Made by a program: the position numbers and the translations under genes. A DNA stretch of 59,361 nucleotides from Thiotrichales bacterium (GTDB taxonomy: Bacteria > Pseudomonadota > Gammaproteobacteria > SZUA-229): the NCBI GenBank assembly GCA_020341835.1, contig CP070838.1:1884143-1943503 (forward strand), written 5' to 3'. Numbering within the stretch: position 1 is the stretch's first letter; the number at the start of each line of letters is the position of its first letter. Of this stretch, positions 1 through 10,882 are shown piece after piece. Below the pieces are notes generated by a model, which saw nothing but the letters and a program-made list of their open reading frames with translations, searched no databases and was not told the DNA's origin.

Positions 1-1082
1 ACACCATAGTCGACCGTCAGTTCCAGCCCCGGTGCAATCTGCTCAAGTTGATTCTGTAGTTTTGGCCCGACGACCAGGCGGGTGTTGAAGCTGGCCTTTT
101 CTCCGGCCGGAATCTTCTTCGCTGGTGATCGCGTACCCAGGATGTACTTATAGGTGTTTGCCGGATTTTTGGTATAAAAAAGATTATTGACGCCGGCTTC
201 AGGAATCCAGGCAGCCAGAAAGTAATGCTGCATCATTGCCAGCCAGCCGCCGGTTAACTCACAACCTGTCTGCCGGCTGTTCAGGTTGAGACAACCATCT
301 CCGATCGTATCCTTCAGGTTCTGCCCGGCGATATCGTCGAATTCGATTTTTTCGTACTTGATATCTTCGTTGAATACAACACCGCCGGTATAGGTATAAA
401 TAAAGGCGCTCTTGTCTTCTTCTGACGGCGGTGTGCGCACCAGTTGCATGTACTGACTGCCACTCCAGTCGACATCACCCGCCTCGATGATATGTTCGAG
501 GTCGATCACATAATCGTTGCGCCGGAAAGTATAGACCTTGGTCACCTGTACGCCATCTTTACCGGTCCAGCTCAGTGGCACGTGGATTTCCTGTTCACCT
601 TCGGCCAGTCGGAAGACGGTGTTTTCAGCAGCGAATACGGCGTTATGGGTCGGAGCGGTGCCAGCATTGGCCGAAACCAGTCCGGACTGGGCAATGAAAA
701 AGTTGACTTCCGTATCATCCATCAACACCAGCTTGTTTTCCGGTTTGTCCGCGGTCTTGGCATAATTGCGCAAAACAACCCTTCTGATATCTCCGCCCCT
801 TGGATTGATCTCAACATCGAGCACATCCGTTACGACCCGGATGTTCTGGCCGGACACCGCGCCCTGCGGTGTGCTGTCAATGACATCAGGCTCTGCCGCT
901 GTTACCGCAGCTTCGGGCACTTCCGTCAATTCCGTCAGTTCCGCCTGGCCTGTTGGGGTCGTCGTCGTGGTTTCTGCGACCTGCGGCTCCGGCTTCGGGC
1001 CATAGTCCATCTGCCATTCGGCCCACAGAAGATAGAGGACGAAAAACAGGGTGAAATACAACAACAGGCGCTGGTTTTCCAT
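1..1082 (-). CDS. yidC: Membrane protein insertase YidC, N-terminal part (gene runs off the window edge)
   Basis: Absent from the ORF track because no stop lies in the window. My translation of the minus strand from the ATG at 1082 gives [34 protein letters not shown]..., then a long periplasmic domain typical of YidC. The ATGA start overlaps the yidD stop. The rpmH-rnpA-yidD-yidC order is conserved. Confidence 0.9.
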   Translation of the reverse strand, partial: MENQRLLLYFTLFFVLYLLWAEWQMDYGPKPEPQVAETTTTTPTGQAELTELTEVPEAAVTAAEPDVIDSTPQGAVSGQNIRVVTDVLDVEINPRGGDIRRVVLRNYAKTADKPENKLVLMDDTEVNFFIAQSGLVSANAGTAPTHNAVFAAENTVFRLAEGEQEIHVPLSWTGKDGVQVTKVYTFRRNDYVIDLEHIIEAGDVDWSGSQYMQLVRTPPSEEDKSAFIYTYTGGVVFNEDIKYEKIEFDDIAGQNLKDTIGDGCLNLNSRQTGCELTGGWLAMMQHYFLAAWIPEAGVNNLFYTKNPANTYKYILGTRSPAKKIPAGEKASFNTRLVVGPKLQNQLEQIAPGLELTVDYG

Positions 1083-1327
1083 CAGTGGCCCTTCCTGGTG
1101 ATACCGAGTTTGTGATTTTCCGGGACAGGATCATACCCGGCTGAATGCCAGGGATGGCAGCGGCTTATGCGGCGGATCGCCAGCCAGCTGCCACGAAAGA
1201 TACCAAAGCGCTCTACCGCTTCGATCGCATAACTGGAACAGGTGGGGGTATAGCGACAGCTTGGCGCCAGATAAGGGCTGATCGCATATCGATACAGTTT
1301 TATCAGTGCTATCAGGATTCGGCGCAT
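1082..1327 (-). CDS. yidD: Membrane protein insertion efficiency factor YidD
   Basis: 81-aa ORF with [35 protein letters not shown], the conserved YidD Cys motif. It sits between rnpA and yidC. Confidence 0.9.
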   Translation of the reverse strand: MRRILIALIKLYRYAISPYLAPSCRYTPTCSSYAIEAVERFGIFRGSWLAIRRISRCHPWHSAGYDPVPENHKLGITRKGH

Positions 1328-1671
1328 AATTTTTTCAGTTTCTGCCAGTGTTTTTCCAGTGATCGGCTCAGTTGGCTGTTACTCGCACTGCCGCCTTTTG
1401 GCCCCGCCAGCACAATATAATCTGCCGTACATAACTCGTGCTGGTTGAGTCGAAAATTTTCCCGGATGATTCTTTTGAGCCGATTGCGCGTCACCGCAAG
1501 CCGGGCTCTTTTTTTAGATATCGCCAGACCAAGGCGCGGAGAATCAATATTATTCAGCCTGGCGAGTACAGTGAAGTATTGATCACTTGAGCGAACCGCC
1601 TCGTCAAAAACCCGGTTGAACTCTGAGGCGTTTAACAACCTGGCACGCTTTTGCAAGCGCGCCCTGCGCAC
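1312..1671 (-). CDS. rnpA: Ribonuclease P protein component
   Basis: 119-aa basic protein ([11 protein letters not shown]..., [10 protein letters not shown]). It lies immediately downstream of rpmH and overlaps yidD by 16 nt. Confidence 0.9.
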   Translation of the reverse strand: MRRARLQKRARLLNASEFNRVFDEAVRSSDQYFTVLARLNNIDSPRLGLAISKKRARLAVTRNRLKRIIRENFRLNQHELCTADYIVLAGPKGGSASNSQLSRSLEKHWQKLKKLCAES

Positions 1672-1684
1672 TTCGACTGCCTCT

Positions 1685-1819
1685 TTACAGTGCCAGACGA
1701 TGGCGGCCTTTGGCTCGGCGCGCCTTCAGTACCTTGCGACCACCCAGCGTACGGCTGCGTGCGCGAAAACCATGTGTTCTGGCGCGCTTGACCCGGCTTG
1801 GTTGAAATGTTCTTTTCAT
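1685..1819 (-). CDS. rpmH: 50S ribosomal protein L34
   Basis: Below the ORF-track size cutoff. My translation is [44 protein letters not shown], the canonical L34 sequence. Confidence 0.95.
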   Translation of the reverse strand: MKRTFQPSRVKRARTHGFRARSRTLGGRKVLKARRAKGRHRLAL

Positions 1820-1935
1820 TGCCTTGAACCTGTATCTAATGTATTCAGCGAGCCGCGCATTTTACTGATGCCGATGGTTCGAGTCAAAGCAGAAGCTGCT
1901 GTTTTTTCTATGTTTTGGCTAAATAAGTAAATCAT

Positions 1936-1944
1936 TGTGGATAA
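1936..1944 (-). promoter_or_regulatory. Single perfect DnaA box in the rpmH-dnaA spacer (likely dnaA autoregulation)
   Basis: TGTGGATAA is the reverse complement of TTATCCACA. It lies about 80 nt upstream of the dnaA GTG start and close to a TATAGAAT -10-like hexamer. Confidence 0.6.
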
Positions 1945-2025
1945 CCCCTAATAACGGGTATAGAATGCAGCGTTCTTCCTGCAAAATTTATAATAAACAT
2001 CATTCGATCGGGGGGATGGGTTCGG

Positions 2026-3426
2026 GTGAATAATGCGCTTTGGACGAACTGCCTGCAAAGACTGGAACAGGAGCTGTCGGATCAGCAGCTGAACACCTGG
2101 ATTCGCCCTTTACAAGTTCGTGAAGACAATCATCAACTGACACTGTTAGCGCCCAATCGCTTTGTACTCGACTGGGTTAAACAGAATTTCAGGGACAAAA
2201 TCGAAGATATTCTCCTCGAAGTATCCCACGATGATGATGTCAATCTGCAACTGGAAATCGGCACCCAATCGAGCCCGGTGAAACCGCCACAGGCACCGGC
2301 GCCAGCCGCTGCCCCGGCCAGGCCGGCACCGGTCGCCCAGCGCAGAGCCGAAACCGTCACCGATTTCGGCATTCCAACGAAAGCCCCGAAACCCAGGCCC
2401 GTCATCGATCACAATCTCAACCCGGCGTTTACCTTCGAAAGCTTCGTCGAGGGCAAATCCAACCAGCTGGCTAAAGCCGCTTCGCAGCAGGTTGCTGAAA
2501 ATCCAGGTGAGGCGTACAACCCGCTGTTTCTATATGGTGGTGTCGGTCTGGGCAAGACCCACCTGATGCACGCGATCGGCAACATGATGCTCAAGCACCA
2601 GCCTGACGCCAAAATCGTTTACCTGCATTCCGAACGGTTTGTTGGCCATATGATCAAGGCCCTGCAACACAATGCCATCGATGCGTTCAAGCAGTATTAC
2701 CGTTCGCTCGACTGCATGCTGATTGACGATATTCAGTTTTTCGCCGGCAAGGAACGTTCTCAGGAAGAGTTTTTTCATACCTTCAATGCACTGCTCGAAG
2801 GTGGCCGGCAGATCATACTAACCTGTGACCGCTACCCGAAAGAAGTCGAAGGCCTGGAAGAGCGGCTGCGTTCCCGCTTTGGCTGGGGTCTTCCGGTCTG
2901 CATCGAACCGCCCGAACTCGAAACCCGGGTCGCCATCCTGCAGAAAAAAGCCGAAGAATCCGATATCCACGTTCCCAATGAAGTCGCTTTCTTCATTGCG
3001 AAACGAATCCGCTCTAATATCCGCGAACTCGAAGGCGCCTTCCGCCGTGTCATGGCTACCGCCAATTTCACCGGCAAACCGATCACGATGGAATTTGCCA
3101 AGGAAACCCTGCGGGACCTGATCGCACTGCAAGACCGCACGGTGACGATTGAAAACATTCAGAAAACCGTTGCAGAGTATTACAAGATTCGCAGTTCAGA
3201 CCTGCTGTCCAATCGCCGCAGCCGTTCGATCACCCGGCCAAGGCAGCTCGCGATGGCCTTATCCAAGGAACTGACCAATCACAGCCTGCCAGAAATCGGA
3301 GAAGCCTTCGGCGGCAGAGACCACACCACCGTACTTCATGGCTGCCGCAAGATCGCCGAACTACGCGATTCAGATGTGAAGATTAACGAAGATTACATGA
3401 ACATGATGCGAATATTGAGTAATTAG
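2026..3426 (+). CDS. dnaA: Chromosomal replication initiator DnaA (GTG start)
   Basis: 466 aa. Walker A motif [13 protein letters not shown]+ core, and the C-terminal DNA-binding helix ([26 protein letters not shown]). Confidence 0.97.
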   Translation: MNNALWTNCLQRLEQELSDQQLNTWIRPLQVREDNHQLTLLAPNRFVLDWVKQNFRDKIEDILLEVSHDDDVNLQLEIGTQSSPVKPPQAPAPAAAPARPAPVAQRRAETVTDFGIPTKAPKPRPVIDHNLNPAFTFESFVEGKSNQLAKAASQQVAENPGEAYNPLFLYGGVGLGKTHLMHAIGNMMLKHQPDAKIVYLHSERFVGHMIKALQHNAIDAFKQYYRSLDCMLIDDIQFFAGKERSQEEFFHTFNALLEGGRQIILTCDRYPKEVEGLEERLRSRFGWGLPVCIEPPELETRVAILQKKAEESDIHVPNEVAFFIAKRIRSNIRELEGAFRRVMATANFTGKPITMEFAKETLRDLIALQDRTVTIENIQKTVAEYYKIRSSDLLSNRRSRSITRPRQLAMALSKELTNHSLPEIGEAFGGRDHTTVLHGCRKIAELRDSDVKINEDYMNMMRILSN

Positions 3427-3463
3427 GGCTGGATAACAAGCTCTAGATGAGCTGTGCGTGAAA

Positions 3464-3668
3464 TGTGGATAAAGTGTCGATAAAATCAGCTAAAAAAGTT
3501 ATCCACAAACCGTCTACAGTAAAGCGCTGCTGAACTCCCAGCATCACGGTTCAAAATTAACAGTTTAACTAATTGATAAATAACATAATATTCAACTTAT
3601 CCACATATATGTCTGTAACTAATAATAAATATAAATTAGATATATAAAAACTTATACTAATAGGTAAA
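3464..3668. promoter_or_regulatory. DnaA-box cluster plus A/T-rich tract (candidate oriC/DUE, or dnaN regulatory region)
   Basis: Perfect 9-mers at 3464-3472 (TGTGGATAA), 3499-3507 and 3597-3605 (TTATCCACA). Positions 3606-3668 are almost pure A/T, with TAACTAAT repeated at 3566 and 3616. Confidence 0.55.
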
Positions 3669-3671
3669 CAC

Positions 3672-4772
3672 ATGAAATTTCAGATCCAGAGGGAAGATCT
3701 GTTAACCCCGCTACAGAAAATCATCGGCGCCGTGGAGAAACGGCAGACCATGCCTGCGCTCGCCAATATTCTGGTAAAAGCCGACAGCGATAAAATATCC
3801 CTCACAGCAACTGACCTGGAAATCGAACTGGTTACCACCCTGGGTATGGTGGCCGATGAAGCCGGAGAAACCACGCTACCCGCGAGAAAGCTACTCGACA
3901 TCTGCAAGGCATTACCGGATGAATCAAATATTAGTGTATCTGTAGATGCTAATAAAGCAGTTATCAAATCAGGGCGCAGTAGATTTTCACTGTCGACATT
4001 GCCAGCAGAAGATTTTCCCTCACTGGACTCGATCAACGCAGTGGCCGAATTCGAATTGCCCCAGGCCACGCTGAAAGAACTGATCGACAAAACATCGTTT
4101 GCAATGGCTCTCCAAGATGTACGTTATTATTTGAACGGACTGTTGCTCGAAGTCAGCAGCGGGTTATTGCGTGCTGTTGCTACCGACGGTCATCGGCTGG
4201 CTTATTGCGAAAAAAAGGCCGATTGCGATATTGCCGACATCAAGCAGGTGATCGTGCCGAGAAAAGGGATCCAGGAGCTGGTCCGTTTACTCGAGGACAG
4301 CGACGCATCGCTCAAAGTGATACTTGGCAGTAATCATATCCGGGTCGAAGTTGGTACGATCAGATTTACCTCGAAGCTGATCGATGGCCGCTTTCCGGAT
4401 TACAACCGGGTCATTCCGGAAGACGGCAACAATGTGATCAAGGCGGACAGGGACAGCCTTCGCCAGGCGCTGGTCAGGGCATCGATACTGTCAAACGAAA
4501 AATACCGCGGCATACGCCTCGTGATCGACGGCGATGTGCTGCTGTTGCAGGCACAGAATCCGGATCAGGAAGAGGCCGATGTTGAAGTCGAGGTAGACTA
4601 CAAAGGTGATGCACTCGAGATCGGTTTCAACGTCAACTACATGGTGGACGTTCTGAATGTGACCGATGCCAGTACGGTTCACGCAGCGCTGCGGGATTCC
4701 AACAGCAGTTGCCTGATGACATACCCTGATGACCCGGATAGCAAATATGTCATTATGCCGATGAGGCTGTAA
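3672..4772 (+). CDS. dnaN: DNA polymerase III beta sliding clamp
   Basis: 366 aa, MKFQIQREDLLTPLQKIIGAVEKRQTMPALANILV..., ending ...YVIMPMRL. Conserved position after dnaA. Confidence 0.97.
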   Translation: MKFQIQREDLLTPLQKIIGAVEKRQTMPALANILVKADSDKISLTATDLEIELVTTLGMVADEAGETTLPARKLLDICKALPDESNISVSVDANKAVIKSGRSRFSLSTLPAEDFPSLDSINAVAEFELPQATLKELIDKTSFAMALQDVRYYLNGLLLEVSSGLLRAVATDGHRLAYCEKKADCDIADIKQVIVPRKGIQELVRLLEDSDASLKVILGSNHIRVEVGTIRFTSKLIDGRFPDYNRVIPEDGNNVIKADRDSLRQALVRASILSNEKYRGIRLVIDGDVLLLQAQNPDQEEADVEVEVDYKGDALEIGFNVNYMVDVLNVTDASTVHAALRDSNSSCLMTYPDDPDSKYVIMPMRL

Positions 4773-4825
4773 ACCGGGTATCTGGTATACGGATATCAGA
4801 TCAACCTCCAATATGAAAACCCTTC

Positions 4826-5896
4826 ATGCAATTAACACATCTCAAGATTCGTGATTTTCGAAATCTTGTCGATGTTGAATTAGAACCCGGTGCCGGCGTT
4901 AATCTGATCTCAGGTAAGAACGCATCGGGCAAAACCAGTCTCCTCGAAGCCATCTATTATCTGAGTCATCTACGCTCGTTCAGGACACCTTATCTTTCTG
5001 ATCTGATCAACCACGATGCCACCGAGCTTCAGTTGCTCGCAAAGGCAAAAGACCAGCTTGGCAATCTGATTCCGATCGGGGTCGAACGTAGCAAGACATC
5101 GTTGCAGGTCCGCGCCAACCAGAAAGCCATCAAACGTGTCGCTGATATCACTGCCGCTTTTCCGGTGCTGGCGATTCACCCGGACAGTTACCGACTAATC
5201 ACGGGCAGCCCGACCGAACGGCGGGCTTATATCGACTGGGGCGTGTTCCACGTGGAACACGGTTTTTTCGAAGCCTGGCAACGCTACAAGAAAGCGATCG
5301 CTCAGCGAAATGCAGCACTGAAAACGCGCCAGCGCCGTGATTACTGCCAGCTGTGGGACAGGGAGCTCGACAATGCCGCGCTGCATATCCATTCACGCCG
5401 GCAGCATTACATGGATCAGATGCAACCTTTTATGGCTCGATTGGTCGATCAGTTTTTCCCGGGCCAGCAAGTCAGGCTCGAATACAAGCGTGGCTGGAAT
5501 GAAGATCTCAGCCTGTTGAGCGTACTGGAGCAAACACTGGATCGAGACCTTAAACGGGGACTGACCCAGGCCGGACCGCACCGGGCTGACCTGCAGATCC
5601 AGGTCGATGGGAAATCCGCCCAAACCGGGATTTCCCGAGGTCAGCAGAAACTGCTGGTTGCGCTGTTGAAGCTGGCCCAGGTCCAGCAGTTCACCGAAGT
5701 CGCCGCCCGGCACTGCATCCTTTTATACGACGACCTCGCTGCTGAGCTCGATCAGCACAACCGAACCCAGGTTCTTTCGGTGCTGCAGGCGATGCCGATA
5801 CAGTTGTTCCTGACAGCGATAGAGCCGGGACAGATCGATCTGCAATCCTGGTCCGACGTGTGCATGTTCCACGTGGAACAGGGGCGGTTGAGCTAA
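4826..5896 (+). CDS. recF: DNA replication and repair protein RecF
   Basis: 356 aa with N-terminal Walker A GKNASGKTSLLEAI and the SMC-like signature GQQKLLVALLKLAQ. Confidence 0.95.
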   Translation: MQLTHLKIRDFRNLVDVELEPGAGVNLISGKNASGKTSLLEAIYYLSHLRSFRTPYLSDLINHDATELQLLAKAKDQLGNLIPIGVERSKTSLQVRANQKAIKRVADITAAFPVLAIHPDSYRLITGSPTERRAYIDWGVFHVEHGFFEAWQRYKKAIAQRNAALKTRQRRDYCQLWDRELDNAALHIHSRRQHYMDQMQPFMARLVDQFFPGQQVRLEYKRGWNEDLSLLSVLEQTLDRDLKRGLTQAGPHRADLQIQVDGKSAQTGISRGQQKLLVALLKLAQVQQFTEVAARHCILLYDDLAAELDQHNRTQVLSVLQAMPIQLFLTAIEPGQIDLQSWSDVCMFHVEQGRLS

Positions 5897-6000
5897 AAAT
5901 CTCTGGGTTCTCGCTGCCTGAAACCATTCAGCACTCTAGAAGTCTGAGGGCGGCGCGTATTGTATTTGAAAGCCTGATATAATGCGTTTTTTGTTGTTGA

Positions 6001-8427
<2,427 letters not shown>

Positions 8428-8439
8428 TTTGATCGCTGT

Positions 8440-8524
8440 TTATCAACAGTTTTTCAACAACACTTATCCACAAGTTATTCAATCCGGCGTGCGTAGCTAG
8501 ATCTTTTCCACAGATTGTGGATAA
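8440..8524. promoter_or_regulatory. DnaA-box cluster downstream of gyrB
   Basis: TTATCAACA at 8440-8448 (8/9), TTATCCACA at 8464-8472 (perfect), TTTTCCACA at 8504-8512 (8/9), TGTGGATAA at 8516-8524 (perfect). Confidence 0.55.
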
Positions 8525-9293
8525 CTTGCCTGATTATCGCGTACTTTTTTCATCACCAGGCTGATCACTTCCCGGTAAGGCGCGACGCCATTGCGGCGTA
8601 TCAGGTCGCGACCGTTTTTACTGTTAATGTAATTTATGAAGTTTTTGATCGATTCAAGGCTGTCTGAATTCGGGTTTTAGGTCAGGTAGAGCGGGCGATA
8701 CAGTCCGTACGAGCCGCTTTTCAGATTCTCGATCGAGGGTGCAACACCATCTACGGCGACAATCTTGACGTCGAGTGACCGTGCCCTGTTTATCCCGGTA
8801 ATTGCGATCGCGTTGGGGTTGTCCATCAGGAACTGTTCGAGTGAAGCATCGGGACCGAATCTGCGGTTGGCCCTGAACCGGGCCTTCGTATCCGAGAATA
8901 GCGCTGCGCGCAAATACATTTCGCAGCTGTTCGAGACTGATGTCATTTACCGGATTGTCCTTATGGACGATGATCGTGATCGCATCCCAGGCGACCGGAA
9001 CCAGCTCGACACCCGACTCACGGGGATCGTCGGCCAGCAGAAAGCGGGTCGAGCTGCCGATATCAGCCTGGCCTGAACAAACGTCCCGAATACCGCTGTC
9101 CGCATCTCAAGTATGCAAACTGATATGTGTGCCTGTCTTTTGCTGGTAAGCCCGTGCCAGGTCAGTGATATAGGATGACTTGCTGAGTTCACAGCGCACC
9201 CAGCTAAGTTCGCTGGCTTCGGCGTAAGGGGTGAATGCCAGGGCAAGCGCAATCAGCGAGAAAGAACGCCCTTTCTTGTCGGTCCTGGTACAT
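8497..9293 (-). pseudogene. Decayed periplasmic substrate-binding protein (PstS-like / PBP-like fold)
   Basis: The minus-strand reading gives a signal-peptide-like KKGRSFSLIALALAFTPYAEA, then ...DISLEQLRNVF..., ...NPNAIAITG...VDGVAPSIENLKSGSYGLYRPLYLT*NPNSDSLESIKNFINYINSKNGRDLIRRNGVAPY.... It is interrupted by an in-frame TGA (9107-9109), an in-frame TAA (8677-8679) and at least one frameshift near 8880-8900. The ATG at 9293 is in a different frame from the signal peptide. Confidence 0.55.
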
Positions 9294-9400
9294 CCCTGAT
9301 AGTGAATAAAGTGATGGCGATGCTGGCAGCCTTTTTGTTACATCTACCGGGGATTTATAGCATACTCTTGCCACGATTCTGCTAACTGCCAGTAAAGTAC

Positions 9401-10870
9401 ATGAAACACAGGGACTTAAGAGATTTTATCGATCAACTCGAGAAAATGGGGGAGCTCAGACGAATTCAGCATGAGGTCGATCCCCGGCTTGAAATTACCG
9501 AAATCTGTGATCGTACCCTGAAAGCTGAAGGACCGGCGCTGTTGTTCGAAAACGTCAAAGGCTCGAGTATCCCGGTACTGGCCAACCTGTTCGGTACCCC
9601 GAAACGAGTTGCGTTGGGCATGGGTGAAAACGACGTCGAGGCGCTGCGCGAGGTCGGCAAGTTGCTGGCCTTTCTGAAAGAGCCGGAACCGCCGAAAGGA
9701 ATGAAAGACGCCTGGGACAAGATGACGGTGTTCAAGCAGGCCCTGAACATGGCGCCCAAAGTTCTCAGGTCCGCATCCTGCCAGCAAGTGATCATCGAAA
9801 AGGACAAAATCGACCTGGCCGATTTCCCGGTTCAGACCTGCTGGCCCGGCGATGTGGCACCGCTGATCACTTGGGGACTGGTGATTACCAGGGGACCGCA
9901 GAAGGAGCGCCAGAACCTGGGAATTTACCGCTTGCAGGTGATCGGCAAGAACAAGGTCATCATGCGCTGGTTGTCACACCGAGGCGGAGCCCAGGATTTT
10001 CGGGACTGGCAGATCAAACATCCTGGCGAGCCGTTTCCGGTCGCTGTGGCACTGGGTGCGGATCCGGCGACCATACTGGGCGCGGTGACACCAGTGCCCG
10101 ATACGCTGTCCGAATACGGCTTTGCCGGTTTACTCAGGGGCGAGAAGACCGAGGTGGTCGCCAGCGGAGTCGGCAATTTGACTGTACCGGCGAGTGCCGA
10201 AATCATTATGGAAGGCTGTATCTATCCAGATGAAGAAGCCGTGGAAGGGCCATTTGGCGACCATACCGGGTATTACAATGAAACCGAGACTTTTCCGGTA
10301 TATACCCTGGAGCGAATCACGCATAGAAAAAATCCGATCTATCACAGCACCTATACCGGTCGACCGCCGGATGAGCCGGCAGTGCTGGGCGTTGCCCTGA
10401 ACGAAGTCTTCGTGCCGATACTGCAGAAACAGTTTCCGGAAATTGTTGATTTCTACCTTCCGCCCGAAGGATGCTCCTACCGCTTTGCAGTCGTCAGTAT
10501 CAGGAAACAGTATGCCGGTCACGCCAAACGTATCATGATGGGTGTCTGGTCTTTCCTGCGCCAGTTCATGTACACCAAGTTTGTGATCATCGTGGACGAC
10601 GATGTGAATACACGGGACTGGAAAGACGTCATCTGGGCCATCAGTACCCGTGTTGACCCGGTACGCGATTTCACCATGATCGAAAACACACCGATCGATT
10701 ATCTCGATTTTGCCTCGCCGGTGTCCGGTCTGGGTTCGAAAGTCGGTATCGATGCGACCAATAAATGGAAAGGTGAGACCGAGCGAGAGTGGGGCAGGCC
10801 GATTACCATGGACGCTACTGTCAAACAGCGGATTGATACTATCTGGGACGAGCTCGGTATAGATCATTAG
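9401..10870 (+). CDS. ubiD: 4-hydroxy-3-polyprenylbenzoate decarboxylase UbiD
   Basis: 489 aa, [35 protein letters not shown]..., with UbiD-family conservation along the full length. Confidence 0.93.
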   Translation: MKHRDLRDFIDQLEKMGELRRIQHEVDPRLEITEICDRTLKAEGPALLFENVKGSSIPVLANLFGTPKRVALGMGENDVEALREVGKLLAFLKEPEPPKGMKDAWDKMTVFKQALNMAPKVLRSASCQQVIIEKDKIDLADFPVQTCWPGDVAPLITWGLVITRGPQKERQNLGIYRLQVIGKNKVIMRWLSHRGGAQDFRDWQIKHPGEPFPVAVALGADPATILGAVTPVPDTLSEYGFAGLLRGEKTEVVASGVGNLTVPASAEIIMEGCIYPDEEAVEGPFGDHTGYYNETETFPVYTLERITHRKNPIYHSTYTGRPPDEPAVLGVALNEVFVPILQKQFPEIVDFYLPPEGCSYRFAVVSIRKQYAGHAKRIMMGVWSFLRQFMYTKFVIIVDDDVNTRDWKDVIWAISTRVDPVRDFTMIENTPIDYLDFASPVSGLGSKVGIDATNKWKGETEREWGRPITMDATVKQRIDTIWDELGIDH

Positions 10871-10882
10871 ATATCTGTACCA

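Noticed and set aside
10130-10867. 245-aa ORF on the minus strand (similar long shadow ORFs at 444-1115, 16978-17679, 45760-46323 and 54853-55632)
   Set aside because: All are antisense to confidently identified genes (ubiD, yidC, tamB, lysA, the multicopper oxidase), and none shows a recognisable family signature.
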